DNA of 42,218 nucleotides from IMG/VR virus record IMGVR_UViG_3300021791_000004, positions 1 through 42,218 of that record; one strand, given 5' to 3'. This document shows, piece by piece, positions 34,391 through 41,514 of this stretch. Source of the DNA: a virus. A program made the translations under genes and the position numbers. Position 1 is the stretch's first letter. The number at the start of each line of letters is the position of its first letter. The notes beneath the pieces were generated by a model. The model did no database searches. It worked only from the letters and a program-made list of their open reading frames with translations, and had not been told where the DNA came from.

Positions 34391-35417
34391 ACTTAGTGAT
34401 TAACCTAAATGCCTTCTGCTTGATGGTGTTACCTGCACCCTCTTGCGTTCCCACAAAGGATGCCTCTCGTCTAGCCAAAGGATCCTTACCTTTGTAGTCA
34501 CGATGATCCACATAGTGGGTGACTGCATTGAAGGCAGCCCATTTAGTACGATCAATCTTTGTTACACCTTGTCTAGTAGGCAACTCATAGAAGTTCCAAT
34601 CCAAATCTGAATGAATCTCATGAACCTTATTGAACTTGCGGCTGGAATAATCAGCGTCAGTTAGAGCAGGGATGGGAAAGAGGAGACTCTTATAAGCATT
34701 CCATTCTGATGTAACCAACTCGTCTTTCGCCAGAGTTCTAGCTAGATCAGTGTACTTATCGAACCCATCGTTAATTAGAGCTAACTGATCTCTAACTTCA
34801 GAGAGCTTAGCCTTGGTGTCACCACTATGTCGTACCTTAAGTACGTCATGCTTACTAGCTTTATCCATAGCTAACCTAAGAGTATTAGAACACACTGTCC
34901 TAACAGATGTAGGAAAGAAATCTCCATGACCTTTCCCAGTATGATCCAGCTTGCAGCAGATGTACTTATGTTGAGTATCACCCACAGCTACCTCATCTAC
35001 ACCGGGGAGCTTAGCTAGCATCACAACCTGAGCACCTCCACGAAGGCTGAAGGCACACTCATACTTAAGCAAGCCATCCATGATTAGAGAGTCCAGCAAC
35101 TCGAAGCCTTCCCAGTTCTGGATAGTCTTGTAATTAGACCCAACCATACCAAGGACTTCTTGGTTATCACTGCGAACATTCAGCTTCCATCTAGGTAACT
35201 CTTCATAGTTGTCAACATCACTGCCCCTATAAGGATCATCATCATTTAATCTATACACAGGTACTTGCTCTACCAACCATCCCAATCCTGCCTCATGGAT
35301 AGCATCACTGCTAGTCATAACTCTATCAAAGATCTGACCAAGGCCATGCCATGCAGGCTTGATGCTGTACGCTGCCTCTGCAAAACCATCTTCACGAACT
35401 GTAATCTCATGTGACAT
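34380..35417 (-). CDS. DUF932 / TIGR03299-type phage-plasmid protein
   Basis: The track ORF begins at GTG 35456. ATG 35417 (MSHEITV...) follows aaggag by 6 nt. N-terminal KPAWHGLGQ is the signature I associate with DUF932. Confidence 0.65.
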   Translation of the reverse strand: MSHEITVREDGFAEAAYSIKPAWHGLGQIFDRVMTSSDAIHEAGLGWLVEQVPVYRLNDDDPYRGSDVDNYEELPRWKLNVRSDNQEVLGMVGSNYKTIQNWEGFELLDSLIMDGLLKYECAFSLRGGAQVVMLAKLPGVDEVAVGDTQHKYICCKLDHTGKGHGDFFPTSVRTVCSNTLRLAMDKASKHDVLKVRHSGDTKAKLSEVRDQLALINDGFDKYTDLARTLAKDELVTSEWNAYKSLLFPIPALTDADYSSRKFNKVHEIHSDLDWNFYELPTRQGVTKIDRTKWAAFNAVTHYVDHRDYKGKDPLARREASFVGTQEGAGNTIKQKAFRLITKYAR

Positions 35418-35492
35418 AATATTCTCCTTGTTGGTTGTCACATACACATCGGACACATACCAGCATGAGCATAAACAATATGAACATGCTAC

Positions 35493-35527
35493 AAAAAACT
35501 CCCCATCAGAAATTACCTGATGAGGAG
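35493..35527 (-). terminator. Strong intrinsic terminator closing the early region, upstream of the DUF932-like and RNAP genes
   Basis: Minus strand: ctcctcatcag-gtaattt-ctgatggggag (11-bp stem with one G-U, 7-nt loop), followed directly by tttttt. Confidence 0.8.
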
Positions 35528-35593
35528 CGGAGGGAAGGACGAAACCCCCATTGAAGTCGTCACTCCAATGAGAGTTATCAAGGAGTATCTAAA

Positions 35594-35734
35594 TTATCTG
35601 CCAGTTAATAGTCCCACACTGTATCCAAACACTACTATCTTACCTGTAATAAAACCAACAGCAAATACAAATATACCTGCTGATAAACCATACACAAATC
35701 CATTGAACAAGTCAACTATTCTCCTTGACACCAT
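35594..35734 (-). CDS. 46-aa hydrophobic peptide (not in the ORF track)
   Basis: ATG 35734 lies 2 nt after the upstream stop, and ggagg 9 nt upstream serves as SD. Translation: MVSRRIVDLFNGFVYGLSAGIFVFAVGFITGKIVVFGYSVGLLTGR, stop TAA at 35594-35596. Confidence 0.5.
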   Translation of the reverse strand: MVSRRIVDLFNGFVYGLSAGIFVFAVGFITGKIVVFGYSVGLLTGR

Positions 35735-35736
35735 GA

Positions 35737-35937
35737 TCATTCACCTCCATCTTGTTTATACCTAGCAGCAATGCCATCCGATGCTGCTCTCATGTCTTGA
35801 AACATACCCCTGCTAAGAACTTCAGCACCATCAATCATACCCCTGACAGTGCCACAACTTATCAAGAATCCAATAGCAATAAGAATGATAATCGTGTAAG
35901 CAATTAAACTAAACCTCTTAATAGTTTTCTTCGACAT
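35737..35937 (-). CDS. Early small lipoprotein candidate
   Basis: 66 aa. MSKKTIKRFSLIAYTIIILIAIGFLISCGT is a basic n-region, a hydrophobic core and a lipobox-like L-I-S-C. The mature part is about 38 aa. Confidence 0.6.
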   Translation of the reverse strand: MSKKTIKRFSLIAYTIIILIAIGFLISCGTVRGMIDGAEVLSRGMFQDMRAASDGIAARYKQDGGE

Positions 35938-35953
35938 GGTAGTGTCCTTTCCT

Positions 35954-36544
35954 TTAAATAATTTTACATGAACTTCCTAAGTTACTGGGTACATCATTCC
36001 AAAAGTCTATCATTGAATCAGCTAGCGACTCCTTATCTTGTACCTTTCCATATCCTGTATGTCCTCTCAGTACATGCTCTCCCTTAACATATAAGTAATG
36101 CATATTCTCTTTAAATTTTCTTATCGTATACTCCTTTAGGTTGGTTAGAGTTTCAATAGTCTTAGGCGTTTCTTTCATCAAGCTCCATCCGTACTCAAGA
36201 TCTTTGTTTATGAATCTCCAATAGGCAAGCTCATCATCTACTGCAAGCCACCCTTCATGCTCTCCCCCTCCGGGTCTGCAATGTAGGATGTGCCTTGTGA
36301 GCTGACCCTTACCATCAGTATGTCTATCGAGCTGACCAGCCAACCACTTTAATTTATCAGGGTTGTCGTAGTCATCAACCCCAATATTATACTCACTAAA
36401 CTTATGCTTTAAGAAGGCATAAGCTACATGAGGGGTTGCCCTATCAGGATCACACCACCGATCATATACCGTTTCATTCCAAGGACTATCAATCTCCAAG
36501 TAGGCAAACCCCTTACCTTTCCTACGCCATACTCCATAGCTCAT
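35954..36544 (-). CDS. Hypothetical early protein
   Basis: 196 aa. The ATG overlaps the upstream stop (ATGA). No family recognised. Confidence 0.65.
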   Translation of the reverse strand: MSYGVWRRKGKGFAYLEIDSPWNETVYDRWCDPDRATPHVAYAFLKHKFSEYNIGVDDYDNPDKLKWLAGQLDRHTDGKGQLTRHILHCRPGGGEHEGWLAVDDELAYWRFINKDLEYGWSLMKETPKTIETLTNLKEYTIRKFKENMHYLYVKGEHVLRGHTGYGKVQDKESLADSMIDFWNDVPSNLGSSCKII

Positions 36545-37017
36545 CGTGTAAACTCCTTGTGTAGATTGGGGAAGAACTTGTGACCCTTCCTGTTAACGTA
36601 GAACACACCCCTGTCTGTGTCCATTAGAACCTTTGGATGAGAGCGTACTACAGATCCCTTGCTACTTGTGATAAAAGTTGAGTGGACAAAGGGATTGTAT
36701 ATAACCTTGGTTAATGCTGTTGCATCAAACAACTCATCCCAATTAACTTTCACATTGCTTATCTCAGAATTGTAGTAGAGTGAAATGCTACCAACTACAT
36801 AGGCATGTACATTCTTAACTCCACTGGCAAGTACACGCTGCCTGCCTGCCTCTGATACCTTGAACTTAGCATGGTCTAGCATTACAAACTTAGGTCTAGC
36901 CTTTACCAATCCATCCTGCTTGACAGACCAGCAGTTTTTCCTGAGATTTTTATAGACCTTAACCTCTCTTGTATGATCTAAGTAATATCTGTCAAGGTCC
37001 TTAGATATATCCTTCAT
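36541..37017 (-). CDS. Hypothetical early protein
   Basis: 158 aa, ATG start. YKNLRKNCWSVKQDGLV...VKNVHAYVVG feels like a conserved phage family, but I cannot name it. Confidence 0.65.
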   Translation of the reverse strand: MKDISKDLDRYYLDHTREVKVYKNLRKNCWSVKQDGLVKARPKFVMLDHAKFKVSEAGRQRVLASGVKNVHAYVVGSISLYYNSEISNVKVNWDELFDATALTKVIYNPFVHSTFITSSKGSVVRSHPKVLMDTDRGVFYVNRKGHKFFPNLHKEFTR

Positions 37018-37046
37018 TCTGTGATACTCCTTGTGTTATAAACAGA

Positions 37047-37268
37047 CTACCAATAGGCATGATGCCCATTCATATACGATGCCACTGCCTTAGCAGTAGG
37101 CTTGATCTCAACTTCAGTCAGCTCACTGATCTCATACTTAGGACAAGGAGTCTCCTCCTCCATCCATTGCTTAGCTGCACCCTTAGTTGCAAAGTAGCAG
37201 AACCCTTTACCATCTCCTTTATCAATTAGAGGATCATCAGTTGGGAAAGTGACCATGTATATCTTCAT
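37047..37268 (-). CDS. Hypothetical early protein
   Basis: 73 aa. The ATG overlaps the upstream stop (ATGA). Confidence 0.6.
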   Translation of the reverse strand: MKIYMVTFPTDDPLIDKGDGKGFCYFATKGAAKQWMEEETPCPKYEISELTEVEIKPTAKAVASYMNGHHAYW

Positions 37269-37639
37269 GCCTTATCTTCTCCTTGTTGGAACCTCTTCAC
37301 ACCATTCTCATCTGCTTGCATGAAAGCAATTGCACAAGGGGAATCTTCTTGTATCCATACCAACTCATCGCCACTATCATTAGGTTTACTTAAACGATTC
37401 AAGCGTGCTGCTCTCAACCGTCTAGTATCTACCCATCCCAAGCGATTAGCCAAGGTCATTGCTGCTGTGGCATGAGCCTCTTCAATATCCTCAAAGGCAT
37501 CCGTATCCTTAGAGTAAAGCATATAAGAAACCATCTTGTTATCCTTAGTGGTATTCAAGTATGCTCGGACAAGTCCCTTGCTTAAAGCCTTGGTAACAAT
37601 CGACTGACTAAACTTAATTTTACTGGTTGCTTTTGTCAT
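37265..37639 (-). CDS. Hypothetical early protein
   Basis: The track ORF starts at GTG 37699. ATG 37639 (MTKATSKIKF...) follows aaaggaatcaaagga. 124 aa. Confidence 0.6.
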   Translation of the reverse strand: MTKATSKIKFSQSIVTKALSKGLVRAYLNTTKDNKMVSYMLYSKDTDAFEDIEEAHATAAMTLANRLGWVDTRRLRAARLNRLSKPNDSGDELVWIQEDSPCAIAFMQADENGVKRFQQGEDKA

Positions 37640-37889
37640 TATCCTTTGATTCCTTTCTTGTTTCAGTTGGTAAGCAGGACATATCTCCTGACCCTTCACA
37701 ACAGGACATTATCATTCTGCCACACACACTACATTGAGTGTGACCATGTACTTCCATCGGATGATCTTCACATATATGTGGATTCATATTCTTTGCTACC
37801 TCATGTTGAAACTCTTGTTGCGTCATCTTGCCACCACTTCTTATGAAATTTTCTGTTGCTATTTGTCTAGCTCTCTCCATATGCGTCAT
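37620..37889 (-). CDS. Cys/His-rich small early protein (possible Zn-binding)
   Basis: The track ORF starts at TTG 37892. ATG 37889 follows gggag by 7 nt. HICEDHPMEVHGHTQCSVCGRMIMSCCEGSGDMSC. Confidence 0.6.
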   Translation of the reverse strand: MTHMERARQIATENFIRSGGKMTQQEFQHEVAKNMNPHICEDHPMEVHGHTQCSVCGRMIMSCCEGSGDMSCLPTETRKESKDNDKSNQ

Positions 37890-38124
37890 CAAGGAACTCC
37901 CTTCTTACCTCATCGAATACCACATGCCAGTCTTGGTCTTCTATCTGATTAGCTATAGCACCCGCCCACTTCTGAGCGTGCTTAATCAAATCCTCTCTGG
38001 TGTAATACTCACCAAGATCAGATCCATACTCATTGGTCACATCAAGGTAGTCTGCTATGTACACAGAGATAAACTTCTTTAGTTTCTTTATGCCATACTG
38101 CTTGGAAAGCTGAAGGTCAGTCAT
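37867..38124 (-). CDS. Hypothetical early protein
   Basis: 85 aa, ATG start, acidic. No family recognised. Confidence 0.6.
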   Translation of the reverse strand: MTDLQLSKQYGIKKLKKFISVYIADYLDVTNEYGSDLGEYYTREDLIKHAQKWAGAIANQIEDQDWHVVFDEVRREFLDDAYGES

Positions 38125-38149
38125 ACTTATTCTCCTTGTTAGGTTACAC

Positions 38150-38515
38150 TTAATAATCAGAGGCGAACATCAAGGTGATACCACCTATACTATTCCTTGC
38201 TATCCATACGTCATCATTAGTAGCATTACCTTCGAGTCCTTTAGTCCAAAGGTACTCCTCAGGATCTGCCTTCACTATCATCTGGGCATCCAATAGCAAG
38301 GGTACAATTACTTGCTTGACCTCGACATCTCTACTCTTGGCTATCTCTTTACACCTTTCGTATAGTGTACTGGTCAGCAGCAAGGCTTTACCCTTTGGAT
38401 TCTCAAGGGGTCTGACCAAATATCCATCATCAATAGCCTGCTCATCGGTGTAGCTACTGACTATTTCAGAATCTTCAAAGACATTACTATCACTGTTAGT
38501 TATCATCACTGTCAT
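38150..38515 (-). CDS. Hypothetical early protein
   Basis: 121 aa, ATG start. The YTDEQAIDDGYLV motif is reminiscent of small plasmid/phage proteins I cannot place. Confidence 0.6.
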   Translation of the reverse strand: MTVMITNSDSNVFEDSEIVSSYTDEQAIDDGYLVRPLENPKGKALLLTSTLYERCKEIAKSRDVEVKQVIVPLLLDAQMIVKADPEEYLWTKGLEGNATNDDVWIARNSIGGITLMFASDY

Positions 38516-38533
38516 CTCCTTGATAGGGGTTGG

Positions 38534-38917
38534 TTAACAAGCGTAACAATTAAGGTGAGTGCCACGGCAGGGATCAATGTTATTTCTTTCTCTGTCCTTA
38601 AGGTGAAACCTAAGATCTGTGAGTGCAAACTCCATGTTCTTCCTTAAAGGAAGCTCAGTATTCTCAGGGTTGAGGCGGTTAAGTACCTGACATATAGCTG
38701 TCTGGTTGCGGGGATCATGATTGTTTTCCATAGCAGCTTGAACTGCCCACTTGTACAGTCCTTTGAATAGTACCTCCACTGCCTCTGCTTGGAGAGTACG
38801 ATGCTGCTTATGAAATGCCTCCGCAAACTCATCGGCTGCATGATCACTGAATCCCCCATTAACTACGTCACTAAGATCTTCGACCAACTGCTTAGTTGTG
38901 ATTCTCTTATACGTCAT
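38534..38917 (-). CDS. Hypothetical early protein with a C-terminal Cys/His cluster
   Basis: The track ORF starts further upstream. ATG 38917 (MTYKRITT...) follows aaggag by 9 nt. 127 aa, ending DPCRGTHLNCYAC. Confidence 0.6.
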   Translation of the reverse strand: MTYKRITTKQLVEDLSDVVNGGFSDHAADEFAEAFHKQHRTLQAEAVEVLFKGLYKWAVQAAMENNHDPRNQTAICQVLNRLNPENTELPLRKNMEFALTDLRFHLKDRERNNIDPCRGTHLNCYAC

Positions 38918-39269
38918 TGCTGTAATCTCCTTGACAATCATGGTTCCAGTAAGTTTGTATCTCATCACGTTCATACTCTAGCGTAGCCTCAGCATCCATC
39001 CTTGCTTCTGACTTGGTACTGAAGGGACCAATTACTTGAGCACGCAATCCATTCTTAAAGAATCCAGCAACAAGCTCACCATCAGGCGTGTCCCCAACGA
39101 AACAGCTATGCCAGTACCAACCAACTGCCCGACTACCCGGAAGTTTCTCTTGCAACTCCTCCAATAGGTGACTGTTCTCGGTGTACCCTACAAACAGCAC
39201 CTCTGCATCAGGCAAACAGTACTCACTTGCTACTGACTCTGGATGTGCTTCAGTGTAGACTTCAATCAT
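38907..39269 (-). CDS. Hypothetical early protein
   Basis: 120 aa, ATG start. No family recognised. Confidence 0.6.
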   Translation of the reverse strand: MIEVYTEAHPESVASEYCLPDAEVLFVGYTENSHLLEELQEKLPGSRAVGWYWHSCFVGDTPDGELVAGFFKNGLRAQVIGPFSTKSEARMDAEATLEYERDEIQTYWNHDCQGDYSNDV

Positions 39270-39275
39270 TACTAG

Positions 39276-39527
39276 CTACTCCTTTAAGTAAAGTTTCTCA
39301 GTCCATGCATCCTTATCCACCTTGAACCACTCACCATAATTTTCTAACTCCTCTATTGTTGCGATTAGATCCGGTGATATATCCAATCGGTCAGCTACTT
39401 GCCTCCTAGTCCAGCCTAAGTAACGCAACTCAAGCACCTCATCGGACCAGTCCTTATAGTCTGACCCTTGAATATCTAGCAACGTATTGAACTCATACTC
39501 TGCCATGTCTTCCATAAGCAAGCTCAT
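39276..39527 (-). CDS. Small helix-turn-helix-like protein
   Basis: ATG 39527 (MSLLMEDM...) follows aaggag by 7 nt. 83 aa. LGWTRRQVADRLDISPDLIATIE resembles a sigma region 4 / LuxR-type HTH. Confidence 0.55.
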   Translation of the reverse strand: MSLLMEDMAEYEFNTLLDIQGSDYKDWSDEVLELRYLGWTRRQVADRLDISPDLIATIEELENYGEWFKVDKDAWTEKLYLKE

Positions 39528-39620
39528 ACTGGTACTCCTTAAGGTTATGATTAGCATATAACAATACTAATCTTGTTATTGTATCATGTTCTTTACTAAG
39601 AAGGATTGAACTTGTGGTTT

Positions 39621-39644
39621 CTCTTTAAGGCTACCCTTTAAGAG
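39621..39644 (-). other. Intergenic hairpin (9 of 10 bp, 4-nt loop) overlapping the 3' part of the 22-nt motif
   Basis: Plus strand: ctctttaagg-ctac-cctttaagag. No adjacent U-tract on either strand, so it could be a 5'-leader stem or an RNA-processing site. Confidence 0.5.
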
Positions 39645-39657
39645 GGGACAAGTTATT
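39636..39657 (-). promoter_or_regulatory. 22-nt motif AATAACTTGTCCCCTCTTAAAG (copy 1 of 2); phage-promoter candidate
   Basis: 19/22 identical to the minus-strand sequence at 25540-25561. Lies in the 106-nt gap between the 114-aa gene and the HTH-like gene. Confidence 0.4.
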
Positions 39658-39663
39658 CAGATC

Positions 39664-40008
39664 CTAAAAGGAATCAGGATGGTAAATCAGGCGTTCCTTG
39701 AAGGCACTGTCGTATAACCCTACTTCCTTGCAGAAGCAGTCATGAATGTACTGCTCTTTGGTATCCTCAGGCTCCCTGCTATATCTCGGCATATCCTCAA
39801 GGTCATCGGTCCAATCGCTGTAACTCCAGTACTCCTTCCAGTCACTGTAAAGTTTCTCACATAGCTCAAGCCAAGCATTATCACGATCAAAATCATACTT
39901 GTGATAGTCGTAACCAGCAGGTCGTGCCGCTCTCAACACCATGCAAACAGTGTTGAAGTGGTCAACAAAAGGACAGTGATTCAGTGGATTACTCAGTGCA
40001 TTACTCAT
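39664..40008 (-). CDS. Hypothetical early protein (acidic, Trp/Tyr-rich)
   Basis: 114 aa, ATG start, with SD aaggag upstream. Confidence 0.6.
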   Translation of the reverse strand: MSNALSNPLNHCPFVDHFNTVCMVLRAARPAGYDYHKYDFDRDNAWLELCEKLYSDWKEYWSYSDWTDDLEDMPRYSREPEDTKEQYIHDCFCKEVGLYDSAFKERLIYHPDSF

Positions 40009-40085
40009 CGTTCATCTCCTTGTTATGTGGGCCAACCACAGAATTGATGCCAAAATTACTACACCTTGCACTACTATAAACATAC

Positions 40086-40337
40086 TCAATGACCTCCTTG
40101 CAGCTTCTCATCAACTGCTTCTCTGATAAAGGTAAGGACTTCTCCACTCATATTGAAGGAGTGACCAACTTTATTTTCACCACAAAAGCAGTCACTTGCA
40201 TGATGACATGGCCACTCATCCAGAAAGCCGTGCCTCTGCCTTGCCTCTGCCTCCAGTTGCACTGCAACATGGGTCGTCAAGCCACATAAGAACTCCTTTA
40301 CTTCTCGCATCCTAGCTGGTTCTTGCTTTTCACACAT
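40086..40337 (-). CDS. Hypothetical early protein with a Cys/His cluster
   Basis: 83 aa, ATG start. WPCHHASDCFCGENKVGH. Confidence 0.55.
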   Translation of the reverse strand: MCEKQEPARMREVKEFLCGLTTHVAVQLEAEARQRHGFLDEWPCHHASDCFCGENKVGHSFNMSGEVLTFIREAVDEKLQGGH

Positions 40338-40354
40338 GATTCATAACTCCTTAA

Positions 40355-40723
40355 TCATCCTAGGGTTGACAGTGCTTCAAAGATTCCAGTACCCTTCAAG
40401 TACACTCCAAACTCTTTAGCTTCAGCCAGTGCATTGGCTTTCCACTTACTCAGTGGCTTAGGAAACTGACTGTAGTCCATAGCAGGTAAGTCCCCTGAGT
40501 TACACCTTACTACTGCACCATTGATTAACTCAGCGTAGCAGTAGGACAAGTCCCAAGCAGGGTAGCCAGCATCACTTAGTAACCTGATACGAACCCATCT
40601 CTTCAGACTCTTTGACCTCCACAATGGCACATTGCCTGCCTCTTTGGGCAAGGGTATGTTGTTGGTAGGTCCACGCTCTTTGACTCCCCTGCCACCGTTC
40701 AGTCCGTTAGTTTCCCAGTACAT
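40355..40723 (-). CDS. Hypothetical early protein
   Basis: 122 aa, ATG start, with SD aaggag upstream. Confidence 0.6.
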   Translation of the reverse strand: MYWETNGLNGGRGVKERGPTNNIPLPKEAGNVPLWRSKSLKRWVRIRLLSDAGYPAWDLSYCYAELINGAVVRCNSGDLPAMDYSQFPKPLSKWKANALAEAKEFGVYLKGTGIFEALSTLG

Positions 40724-40801
40724 GACTAGCTCCTTGTTCAGAACACTTTACTTTACAACTACAAGTGTGGCCCAACTCGTTAGAGTAGGACCACAAAGGG
40801 T

Positions 40802-41224
40802 TTATATGGTCTGCACTGAGAAGCCAGTTCCCAACTTCTTAGCAAAGGCTGCAGCAACCTTCAGATTGACCTCGAACCCCTTGCCACTGTCGATGATTCG
40901 AGTCAAACCTCTAGCAGTCTTTGACCAGTTAGGAACTCGGTTCTTGAGATGCCAAGATTTCGAGTCATTCAACTTGTTGATCTTCACCACAGCAACTTTG
41001 GGATCACTTTTCTTATCTTCGCCCAGATCACCATCCTTTTCCAACTTGTTGAAAGTCTTTACTGCGACTCTAGTTGCTGCAGACCACCACCCCTCGACCT
41101 TTTCCCGATTTTCGTCAGAGATCCGCTTACGCTCTGCATACAGCTCCGCTTTAGTCTGGTCCCAGACCTTTTCACCGTTCGAGTCGTAGTGAAACGTAGC
41201 TGTAACTGTCTTGGATGCTGCCAT
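40802..41224 (-). CDS. Hypothetical early protein (basic)
   Basis: 140 aa, ATG start, with SD aaggag upstream. Confidence 0.6.
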   Translation of the reverse strand: MAASKTVTATFHYDSNGEKVWDQTKAELYAERKRISDENREKVEGWWSAATRVAVKTFNKLEKDGDLGEDKKSDPKVAVVKINKLNDSKSWHLKNRVPNWSKTARGLTRIIDSGKGFEVNLKVAAAFAKKLGTGFSVQTI

Positions 41225-41275
41225 GGTAATGGCTCCTTGAAAATAGAGGTATTAATTACCTCAGTGATGAGAGAG

Positions 41276-41308
41276 AAAAAACTGCAAAGGTAGCACGTTA
41301 CTACCTTT
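41276..41308 (-). terminator. Hairpin plus T6 after the third early gene (attenuator or terminator candidate)
   Basis: Minus strand: aaaggtag-taacgtg-ctaccttt (8-bp perfect stem), then gcag, then tttttt. It starts 1 nt after the stop at 41310. The 4-nt spacer weakens the call. Confidence 0.45.
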
Positions 41309-41309
41309 A

Positions 41310-41513
41310 TCAACACGCTAAATCGGTCTGGTCTAGTGCAACAGAATCTAGGACTGAGAATACAAGTATCATCTCTGCCGCTGTATGCTCACCTCTGACC
41401 CACTCTTCTGCCAAATCTGCCTTGGTGTCATTGTCGATGAGTAGTCTAATACCCTTTAATTGGATAAAGTCGCCAATCTTGGGATATTTCTGCTGCCGTA
41501 GTCTAGTACCCAT
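41310..41513 (-). CDS. Hypothetical early protein
   Basis: 67 aa. ATG 41513 follows aaggag by 9 nt. Confidence 0.6.
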   Translation of the reverse strand: MGTRLRQQKYPKIGDFIQLKGIRLLIDNDTKADLAEEWVRGEHTAAEMILVFSVLDSVALDQTDLAC

Positions 41514-41514
41514 T

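Noticed and set aside
34380-35456. Track start (GTG 35456) for the DUF932-like gene, and similar non-ATG track starts at 2532, 37699, 37892, 38974 and 39557
   Set aside because: In each case an in-frame ATG a few codons downstream sits 6-9 nt after an AAGGAG-type SD, while the upstream codon has none. I therefore shortened the coordinates.
35520-35765. Plus-strand 81-aa ORF in the gap upstream of the DUF932-like gene
   Set aside because: It runs antisense across a canonical minus-strand terminator and across a better-supported minus-strand 46-aa ORF with an SD. It has no SD of its own.
37646-38986. Plus-strand ORFs 37646..37846, 37734..37952, 37828..38082, 38175..38453 and 38789..38986, and the minus alternate-frame ORF 38644..38859
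   Set aside because: These are shadow ORFs within the densely packed minus-strand early genes, with no SDs.
40020-40790. Shared GTTGG(C/G)CCACA element upstream of two early genes (about 40027..40040 and 40771..40785)
   Set aside because: There are only two short copies of about 11 nt with a central mismatch. One is simply a 5-bp mini-hairpin. That is not enough to claim a regulatory site.
40632-41316. ORFs 40632..41189 (+), 40949..41293 (+) and 41059..41316 (-)
   Set aside because: These are antisense to, or out of frame with, the 140-aa and 122-aa early genes. Their translations are Ser/Leu/Phe-rich shadow sequences. The minus-frame ORF would run through the terminator-like hairpin.
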